This document shows positions 52,040-64,000 of a DNA stretch of 64,000 nucleotides, one piece after another. The DNA comes from Lama guanicoe (lineage: Eukaryota). The translations under genes and the position numbers were made by a program. The notes under the pieces were generated by a model. The model ran no database searches. It worked only from the letters and a program-made list of their open reading frames with translations, and was not told the DNA's origin. Positions within the stretch are counted from its first letter, which is position 1, and every line of letters begins with the position of its first letter. The DNA is taken from the NCBI GenBank assembly GCA_013239625.1, contig MU053652.1, forward strand, positions 3,399,902 through 3,463,901, given 5' to 3'.

Positions 52040-52624
52040 TTATCATGCTCTTTGGGCAGTAACCACAGACAGCCCATGGTCCAGATGCCGTTTGGTCTAC
52101 TCTAGGAATCAGGTCTCATTCCAGGCTCTTGAGCTCCTCCTCACCAGCCCCAAGCTGACACATGTACATCAATACAGTTCAGGTAGAGTCATCTTATGGA
52201 TCTATAAAATAGGGGTAAATTCTAGTCCAACCAACATTACCTAATTCAGTCAATCAGATAGTCAAAACATATGAATAAATTTAAATGGTTTCTAAACATA
52301 AATATATTTTCAAAGAGCTTCCTTACTTGTATTACAGACATACACAAAATACTCAAGGCATAAAATATCTGTCTTGTGCTCTTTTGAATAAAAGATCGCA
52401 GTGGATGCAGATCTTTGATGTTCCAGTGTTGCCATAAAAAAATTCACTGGCCTGTTCTTGGACAAAGAATTAGCTGAAATTTTACTGCTGGGGTTCCAAG
52501 TATGTTTTTGTTGTTAGCAGAGAGACGTTATTGTAAAAGCCTCCTCACCTAGAGCTCTGGTGACTTTTCATGTTTTATTCATCTCTTTCATTTGGCTTCA
52601 AGTAAGGTAAGGACTTCATAAAAT

Positions 52625-53121
52625 TCAAAATTTACTGAATTTTGTGTTAATCTCAGGTCCAGAATTTTCCTCTTGAATATCTCCCTTCATTGGGGTTGTT
52701 ATTGAAGCGCTTTGAAGGAAATGGCGGGTCAACCATTCATTGGTTCTCATGGCTTTGCAGTGGAGGCAGGGCCTTTCCCTGATTTGGTAACCTCCCATAC
52801 TCCTTTGCCTCTGAGCTATTTTTCTCTTCTTAATACTGGCTGGTGATGGGTGGTGTTCACTTTCACTCTCCTTCCATGAGGAGGCTCCTGAGTTGGATTC
52901 TTCACTGTCACACTCAGTAGTATCACTGTCATGTTGGGTCTGATTCACCTGGCTGAATTCAGAATGGCGCCTTGCTCGTCTTTGTTCAAGATAGGCACTG
53001 ACCAAAGCCACTTCTGAGTCAGTTACAGGGGTAAGTTGGCTCTGCTTTGGCTTTTTCAGCACTTGCAAGGAATCCCAGGCAACATCTTTGCTTTGCCGCT
53101 TATAGAAAATATCTTTGCTTG
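52625..53121 (-). CDS. SSMEM1: SSMEM1 exon 3
   Basis: TAG acceptor; [10 protein letters not shown]...[14 protein letters not shown] at 52574-52579 (minus). Confidence 0.92.
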
Positions 53122-56100
53122 CTAACAACAATGAAACAAATCAACAAGTTAGGCATGCTGTTGGTTACTATAACTTCATATTACCTAAGGAAGCCTATGA
53201 TGTAGGCTCACTCTTTGCTGCCATTTGCCAAGTCACCACTTTTCTCCACTCATTTGCAAGTGTTGGCAGCTAATTTCACTTCCCAGTACCATACCAGAAC
53301 TCCTAAAGACCAGAAAGGTCAAATAGATGCTTGACATACTATTTTTGAAGTTTCATGGACCCCTGAAATAAGATCAAAGGAAAGGTCAACAAACCTTTCC
53401 AGAGAAGGATCTTTTTACGTTTGTCTTGACATCTTAACAATTCGAGCGTGTATATGAATGTGATTTGGATAGCAGAAAATTTAAAAGGATCTTCCCTTTA
53501 TACACTGGTGTGCTGGAGTTGGCTCATACCAGCCAGCTTGCAAGAACTGATAAACTTTCAGTGATTTGCAAGATGGTTGTTAAACACACAGGTTAGTAAA
53601 AATTAAGTTGTACAAACTTACCACTAAATCCATTTGTTACAAATAAACAGAATAAGTACTCAAAACTCCTCACTTCCTAAATAATTTTACTATGTTTATT
53701 ATGAGGTATGTGCTTGAAACTACTATTTATGTCTGTTGTCTATGGATACTGGAAGTACTATGTAATGATGTGCTACTGTGTGTCTCTTTCCAACTCCCAC
53801 GTTCAGTGACATCAATGTTGGCAACCTGAAATTAGTTTTGGGGGGATAAAAACCAACAAGCACTAAAAATCAGGTCTTCATTTCTGGTTCTGTTGATTGC
53901 CTAGACTTAGAGTAATGGAGAACATGTTACTAACATAGATTACATTTAAATGTGTCATGACTATAGCCACTGTATTGTGAATAGCACACAAAAATGAGGA
54001 AATATTCTTCCAGAGTATGCTAAAACTATTATCCAACTCAGCAAAGAAGTCTTTCACATCATTAACAACCAAGTTAAGTTCCATCATACACCTTCTAGTT
54101 TCTTTCATCTTATTCCTTAACTTAAAGGACAGTTACATTCATATAGGAACTACACTCATTCATCAATTGCAGCTATAGGTTGGCTAAGGATGAAAGGGTC
54201 TGGCAAAAATCAAGGAAAGTATTTTGTAAGAATCAGTGGTCTATATGGAATTTACCATAAAGTGTATTATATATTGTATTACTTGTAAATCATGTGATAT
54301 ACATCATTTATATTAATAAAATTTTTAAAACAATATACACACATATACACACACATTTTTGGAGAGCCAGTTCTTAAACATTTATCAGCACACCACTGCT
54401 TATAGGTTCTTGGAAAAGATGTCACATATAACTCATAGTCCTGAGGTACCACTAACGATAAATGTGTGTGAAAGGCAAGCTCTGAGAAGACAGGTTGCTG
54501 AGGAATGAAAGAGAGCTTGATTTCTACCTACCAGTAATTTGTACCCTCTCTCACAGCTCTGCAGAAGTAACTTAGCTAGCCTTTTGAACCAAAGCAAGCT
54601 GCTCTGGGAAGGCTGCGAAGGCTCTATAACACTCTTGGCTGTTTATCTCTGCTTTTTGCTTTCCACACACAGCACGTATTTCTCTCATCATAGTCCAATA
54701 TCAAATATGCATTGGCTCTCACCTTTACTTAGTGAAGTGCTTGTCCCATTGTCTTCATCCTTTTTCTTCTCAGACATCTGTTTCAGAAATATAGATTAGT
54801 AATAGTCATCTCAGTTGGTTGTTTTTCGCTCACATTTACTTGTTAAGAAACACTACTGCCTTAGGCCCTTTGACAATGTCTAATTTTAAAGTCAGTGCAG
54901 TTCAATAAATACTTATTGAATTCCTATTACAGTGGTCCAACGTCTGCTGCCCATTAAGAAGCCCGTGCTTTGATAGCAGGATCTACCAAAATGTTTTGAA
55001 CCAAGCAAAATGAAACAAAGATTGAGAGAAAGTAATACTGATGAGAAGCTATAGGTTATAAAGTTCTCCTATACTCACTGACATTATAGAGAAATACCAT
55101 TTAAATATCACTTAAAAACAGATGTGATAGCATACTAGGATTAGTTTTAAATTAGTTTTTAAAGGACATTTTATCACGTCACTTTATGATAATTCTTTAA
55201 GATCTTTATCTGAATTCATAGACTTACTATATCCTAAATCCTTCGGAAACTTTCCTCCAAAATGCAACCATAATATATTATATGTGAATATGGCAATCAG
55301 AAGAAATACATTTTTTAAAAATAATTCCAGTTTCAAATATTCTGCCTCAATACTCCATAAATATATATTTGTCCCATTTTTCAGATGAGCAGACCACTTT
55401 TTTATACTGAAAATGGTTTTGCCAAAAGATACAAATACAAAGAAAGCAACTCTTTCAGAACATATCAAATACTTTAGAAATATTCATAACACTTTGGGCA
55501 CATCATAATTCTGGGAATCTATCACCAGGAAATAAACCCCAAAAGAGAGAAAGTTTTGTGTACAGAAATATTCATTCCAGTGTAGTTAAGATAATATAAA
55601 TACAAAATTCAAAAGTAGGCAATGGTTAAATTATGGCAGAATCATACAGTCATATAATATATAGTTGTAAAAATTATTATAATAAAAGTACATCATAACA
55701 TGACATAATAAATGTTATCATGCTAAGTTAAAAATCAAGATGCAAATTCATATATACACTTACTAAGTTAGCTAAAAATATGAAAAGAAAAAAGGCTAAG
55801 GGATGTATACAAGTGTTAGCAATGGCTGCCTTTGAGCGGTGAAACTGATTTTTTTTCCCTTCTAATTCTTCAAATTCCCTATAATCAGGGAAAAATTGAA
55901 TTTATGTAGAAAGTCAAACTGCCTTTAGGTCGAAAACTGCCACATATGGGTTTTTATAACTGCAAACTAAGATCCTTGCCTCATTCCTTTTCTAGTATCG
56001 GTTCTCCACAATGGTAGGCACGTTTCTCTAACAAGGTACCTTTTTGCTTTTAGGGTTACTGAAATATTCTCTGAAAACTTTCAGAGTGGAGTCTTCTTTT

Positions 56101-58718
56101 GGGTTACCTCTTTTAAAAAACTATTTTGGGGGGCTTTATTTTAAATTTAATATGTATAGGGGTGATTATTAAAAGATTAGAAGTTTATAAACCTAAAAAG
56201 TTAATAGTAGCTTATTTCTATACAATTTGGAGTGGTTTTTATTTTATTTTTTCTACTTTCCTATAATGTCCACATTTTCTATAATGGGTACTTTTGTCAT
56301 TGAGAAGGGAAAGTGTTTTAAGACACTTACTAGGTTTTTATCTTTTTCATGGAAAGCTTCCATATTTGACTTGATGTCAAATAAAAATATAATCACAAAA
56401 TCAAAAGAAAGATTTTGCATCAAGCTAAGTGGACTCATATGAACTGTGGTTACCAAAAGCATTTCAATAACCGTCTTTGCATGTGACTCAGTTGAGTCAG
56501 AATAACAGCAGTGCCTGCCCTGAGGGGTAGCGTAGAACAGTGGAAAGATATGGGCTATGGCTCTGCATTTCTGCCATTATACAACCCTGATTCTGCCGAG
56601 CCACTGAACACCTCCTAAGCTCAGTTTCCACGTATGCAAAAAGAGGAGCTTGGACTGGTATTGTCTGGGAAAATTCCAGCACTAGCAGACTAAATAAATA
56701 TTAAGCAGATATATGAACTAAATATAGCATATATAATTTCTGAAAGCAAAAGGGTAAATGCATCTTTAAAAGTGGCAAATCCAGAGATCAGTGTGCTTTG
56801 TGTTTGAGGATAATTACCACCATATTTCCATCACGCTTTTACCATTACTTCAAGGTTTGTAAATAAAGGTTCATAGTTTAGCAGAGAAAATGTAGTTCAA
56901 AGTGAAGGAATAATTCCATCCTTTTTGACTAGCTCTCATATGGTTCTCAGATTTCAAATCTGGGACTCTTCAGAAGCTACCATAAGGGTAAAAAGTGAAA
57001 GATGAAACCTCTAAGATAATTAAGGTTTTAATCAGCACTGAATAGATATAGTTCAACATTTCAACTATGCGATGAAGCAAAAAAAATATGGCAGGAAACC
57101 TGGATCTATTCTCCTTTGTGTCATAACCACTCATGTGACATTGGACAAGTCACTTAATTTCTTTGGGCTTTATCAGTTAAAAAAAAAGGAAAGATACTGA
57201 AATCTTACTTGCCTACAAGGAGGCTGGATGGTATGCTCTCCTAAGGTCCTTGAACCTCGGGGTTCTATGACTCCAAAGAGCTGATGCAAGCAAGGGAGCA
57301 GAGAAACAGCTTAGACCTCTTAAGTGGTCTTCATGATGAAATTGCCAAGAATCAATTTCAATTTTTTGTTAATTTTTTAAAGTAGCTTTTCTTGCCAGAC
57401 CAGACAAATTCAATGTACTTAGCTAGGGAGACTAAGACATGTATAAGCTATCACTATTCTAAATCTCCTTTTGGCAAAGTGTCTACCTTAAGCATTTAGA
57501 CTTAGATGAAACTTCTTCTTAGGCAAAGGGGGTGATGAGGGGAAGAGTCTTTGATTATTATAATGGAATCCAGCTGGCACAGACATAACAAACCTCCTCC
57601 TCTCCATCTAGAGCTGATACAGCACTCAGTCTAGCTGACCACTGGCAGCACAGAGCTCTGGCTATAATGCTAAATGGTGGTGGTTTTATTAATCATCAGC
57701 CTGGTATTAATAGCCAGCAAGGATTCCATGTCAGCAATTTAGAAGAGCTTCGTTACTTATAATATGTTGGAGCATCATAGCCCTGATTAAGTGGGCAATC
57801 TCATTCCTTAGAGGATGACATTTTCTTCTGCTAGTAGGTGGTCTCGAGTGGTGACAGTAGTTCTGTTATAGTTCTGCATCTTATTCTATGTGGAGAGTGT
57901 ATTGCCTCATTCTAAAAACCCAAAATCCTACAACATGTATCTATAAATACAACAGCTTCTATATCTTTGATTAGAATTACGTGGCTGCAAAAGGAACTTG
58001 GATATCATTAACCAGTAGGGAAGTTTTTTCCAGCATTATGTAGCATATGGACAAACCGCAAAAAAACCTAAATGTCTCAGAATTGCAGATTTGTTATGGT
58101 GCAACCACAAGACAAAATTATGCAGTCATTAAGAGTGCTGCTGTGTGAATATAATTTGAGAAGTCTTACAATACAATATTAAGCTGAAGAAAAGCAGGAT
58201 ATGAAAACATATACAATATAATGCCAACCATCTAAGATTAAAGATAGAGAGATGAAAAGAGATATACTGGGATAGAGAAAAAGAAAAAAAAATAGAAGAA
58301 TACACTCCAAAATGTTAACAGTGGTTATCTCTAGGAAATAGGATTATAGCGGTTTAAACTTTCTTTTTCATCCTTTTCTATCTTCTTGGATTCTCTAGAA
58401 TGAGACTGCATTATTTTTAAAACCAGAAAACAAACTTTTAAAAAGTATTTTCATCAAAGTAAAGTGAATTTATTTTATAGAAAATCCCCTAGTATACAAT
58501 AAATATATTATTTAAAATGAAAAAGGATATCCTACCCAGACAGAAGCCCGAGAGAAGAACATCAGGACCAATATAATGACAAAATACCAAAGCAGGAAGT
58601 TCCCTATTGTCCCACAAGAGTCATCCTTCCGGCATTCATAATCTTGATTTGGAATGGTAAAACTTATAGGTATGGGGGGAGGATCCACCTCCCAAAATAA
58701 GGAAAAAAGGTCTCCCAT
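52625..58718 (-). CDS. SSMEM1: Serine-rich single-pass membrane protein 1, complete (244 aa)
   Basis: Three GT-AG exons (183+55+497 = 735 nt): [17 protein letters not shown]...[14 protein letters not shown] (transmembrane segment)...Ser-rich region...[16 protein letters not shown]; located between TMEM209 and CPA2. Confidence 0.93.
53503..54398. mobile_element. hAT-Tip100-like element in SSMEM1 intron 2
   Basis: TIRs cactggtgtgctgg and tcagcacaccactg; shares internal text with 44789-44992. Confidence 0.75.
54723..54777 (-). CDS. SSMEM1: SSMEM1 exon 2
   Basis: [27 protein letters not shown]; 55 nt. Confidence 0.88.
58536..58718 (-). CDS. SSMEM1: SSMEM1 coding exon 1
   Basis: GCCATCATGG Kozak context; 61 codons; donor GTAGGA. 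Confidence 0.92.
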
Positions 58719-59116
58719 GATGGCTTCTTGCTTTGAAAATAAAACATGCTCAAAGGGATGAAGATGACCGGGAAGGACTTCACTCCGTGTTTATGACAAC
58801 TTCCTTGGCAACGTATTATGACCTATACTTCAGTAACTGTGACAGGAACTGACAAACATTTCTTGGATTTCTAAGTTTTTGGAAGATTTATCTAAATTAC
58901 TTCTATGAGAGTTTAAGGTATTTTCCCCATACCTCAATATGGTGCATTCTGCTTCAATTTTTTGGGGGGGGGGTCCTGAAACTTGTATATGCTTATATCT
59001 TCTTTAAATACCCTATTTTAATGTCTTTAAAATATGTCTTTGAGGTATCCATTCTTTTTTTCAGTCTCTTTGATATCTACTATATCACTGCAGATTCACA
59101 TACATAGTTCTAATGT

Positions 59117-59503
59117 GTTATAGGAGGAATTATGTTCCCCCAAATGCATATGTTAAAGCCCTAACCCCCAATCTGACTCCATTTGGAGATACAGCCTTTA
59201 TAGAGGTATTTAAGGTTAAATGAGGTCATGAGGATAGAGCCCTAATCCAATATGACTGGTGTCCTAATGAAAAAAGGAAGACACACCAGGGATGCCCAAG
59301 CACAGGGGGAAAAAGCCATGTGAGGACACAGATAGAAGGTGGCCATCAGCAAACCAAAGGAGACAAGCCTCCTCAGGAGAAACCAATCCTGCTGGCACCT
59401 TGATCTTAGACTTCAACCTCCAAAACTGTGAAAAAATTAATTTCCCTTTTCTAAGCCACCTAATCTGTGGTATTTTGCTGTGGCAACCCTAGCAAACATA
59501 ATG
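59117..59503 (+). mobile_element. MaLR MLT1-type solo LTR
   Basis: tgttatagg...cccccaaatgcatatgttaaagccctaacc...gctggcaccttgatcttagacttc...tgtggtattttg. Confidence 0.85.
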
Positions 59504-59999
59504 CCAACAATACGTCTAATTTAGGCAGTAGAAATATTCCTTTTTAATCCTTCAATAAACGTAGTAATTTATAGATTATATTAAGAAGGAAAACATAGAT
59601 GTGCTTCTTGTGAATTACATCAAAGGTACAATTTCTTCTTGAGAAAGAGTCAGACATGGGTTGGAGAGGAATCTGCTATTCAAATTTTGACTGTACATTT
59701 GAACAATTTTCAAGTTCATCTCTAAATCTAAACTAGAGCAAAATGCCATTGTTGCTAAGGCAATCTAAAAATTATAAAAATTCCACTTTAAAAAATCGGT
59801 TGGATCTTTACGAGCATAGCATACCTGTGGATTTTCATTAATACGCAATACCACAAGGAAACTTTATTCTCTTCTGTTTGACCTTAGAAGCATTTTAGGA
59901 AAAATTTTGGCCATTGGGACTTACATAATGTAACAATCCACTAGCTTATTATGACATGGCGTTATGCTTTTATTAGAAATACAGTTCTCTGCATCCCCC

Positions 60000-61010
60000 A
60001 TGAGCAAGTCCCCGGACCCTGCCCTCCTAGACCTTGCCTGTCTGCTGTAGGCCCGCGACGCCTCTTCCAGGAAGCTCGCGGGGATCCAGGCTGGGCCCGT
60101 CGCGCCTCCTCGGGGTTCACTGCGCCCCCATCGCCTGCCTTTCTCTGCACCTGCCAGCCTCCCCGGGGCTGAGCTCCTCGAGGCAGTAACCAGGGAAGCT
60201 TTTAATTTCATATTCCCGTGCGTGGTTCAGCGGCACATTCGTAGGCGTTTGTATTTGTTAAATAAAACCAAACTTAACTCCCTAATGAACCTTTTCCTCA
60301 GGATTATAAGTTCTTCCAAAGAATATTCAGAAGTAAAGATCTTTTTTTAAAAAACCTCAAAACCACTAACAGCTTTAACAAAACATTTTTTGGTTTTTCT
60401 TGTCAGTGCTGCACCTTCGTTACACGGATATTTAAGAATTTACATCGGGTCAGACATCTAATTTTTTTTTTTAACACAGTGGTGTGAGAAATGCTTTGTC
60501 ATTGCTGATGGTGTCTGGACACATACGAAGTATCCTGTATCCTACAATTAGCCACTCTGCTTAATAAAAATCTGCTTTAAAATGTGAGCCCCTAAATGCC
60601 CTAAGAAAGTTAAAATCATATTAAAATATAGAAATTCAGCTTGTTATAGTTATTACTTTTTACTGCAGGTTCAGAGCCTGGTCTGAATTTTTGTTGCTCA
60701 GCCTTCTCCTGGCACCTGAGTGGGAGCCACAACTCCGAGAGCTGTTTCCCTGGTAACGCTCCTAGCCCGTGTCCCTCCCCAACCTTTCTCTTCTCGCGAG
60801 AAGAGATAGTCCCGTCCTTCCGGTAACTGAAGCCCCGCAAGCCAGTCGCCTTCACGGTAGCGCGGGGCTTCGCGCATGTGCAGTGGAGAGTGGCGCGAGC
60901 CAGCCGCTTCCGGCCAAAGACACGGTGCGTTTTCGGGGTCATCTTTGTGCTTCCTGGACGCAGAGTCCGCGCGGGCTGTGGGAGTTCCGCGCCTGCAGAG
61001 TTGCGGAGGG
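60000..61010. promoter_or_regulatory. CpG-rich divergent promoter region of TMEM209/SSMEM1
   Basis: Two CpG patches (60.0-60.25 and 60.73-61.0 kb); TCTCGCGAGA at 60792; ETS CTTCCGG at 60817 and 60907; NRF1-like GCGCATGTGC at 60872; exon 1 donor GTGCGT at 60925. Confidence 0.8.
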
Positions 61011-61834
61011 TTCAGCCAAGGGGAATGTGGCCAGACCTCCCACTGCCTGTAATGGAAGGGAGGAAAGAAGGAATAGGAGTTGCTAAAGTTTGTACTGGGA
61101 CAGCCAGGGAGGGAAACTCTCCCCAGACTCGGGGTAGGGTTGCGGGAAGGCTACTGCTCTCTGTGGGATACGATTCCATATAGCTGGAACAGTTCTTAAA
61201 CTTGTTTGCAAGAGATGAGGCTTAGCAGAACAAAGGAAATACAAATTCAAGTGGGAACCCAAACTGCACACTCTCCCCACTCACCCTTATCCCTTTCCCA
61301 CCATAAGTACTTGCCCTTATAAAATTTAAATTCTTATACTATATCAGCAGCACAAATGGAGATCTCTGGCGTACAGAGTTGTTTAAGATCATAGTTAATG
61401 GCTTCTGCACGAGGACATAGGAGGAGAGTAATGCTTAAATGTTACTAGGAATATTTTCTCCCCAAAGCTGAGTATTTTGAGGTTTTTTTTTATAGCCCTT
61501 GGCATAGTCCTTGTGACATATTACAAAAACACAATACAGCATTATTGCAAACAACCTCTAACCCTTAAATCTCAAACTAAGGTATTTTTATTTATTACCA
61601 GTTCTCTGCTGATTACAGTGTGGTGCCAATGAAATTATAACTTAGGGTTTCCTTTTCATATTCTAATATTAAAATGTAAAAAAAACTTGAAAAGACTTTT
61701 TAAAAATGAGGGAAAGTATATGCAATTTTTAGTTAGTTTTAGTGGACATAAGTTTGATAAATGGAGAAGTGGGGTTGTTTTGTTTTGTTTTGTTTTGTTT
61801 TTTACTAATTTTTGTGCTTTTTGTTTTTGAGTAG

Positions 61835-63784
<1,950 letters not shown>

Positions 63785-64000
63785 TAACTATTTTAGAATT
63801 GGGAGTTTTGAATTGAAAATCATCTAGTGAGTGGAAACTCCTCTTTTATCAATGCAGCATCCCAGGAACTGTGGTAAATTGATTTGCCCAAAGCACCTAT
63901 TTAAGAGCTGAAAATGGAACCCAGATTTCCTGACAATAGTTAGAAGTTCTTTATACCACATCTTAAAATGAAAGAAAAGATTTGGATTTTGCAAAGATAA

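Overview
This is mammalian genomic DNA, most likely from a camelid (two tRNA-derived SINEs resemble the camelid Vic-1 family). It is the syntenic TMEM209-SSMEM1-CPA2-CPA4 block at the edge of the carboxypeptidase A cluster. CPA4 (minus strand) has intact exons 1-6 and the rest runs off the left end. CPA2 (minus) has all 11 exons but is a unitary pseudogene: start codon ATG>ATA, +1 and +2 frameshifts, three broken splice sites, and catalytic E270A and substrate-binding R145W substitutions. SSMEM1 (minus) is complete (3 exons, 244 aa). TMEM209 (plus) starts at a CpG-island promoter and coding exons 2-5 are present. The remainder is typical eutherian repeats, one 202-N gap, a CpG-retaining repeat-poor domain inside CPA2 introns 5-7, and an orphan CpG island with tandem YY1 motifs at about 48 kb. 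Gene identities rest on my recollection of the human proteins and repeat family names on recalled consensus sequences; no database searches were run.
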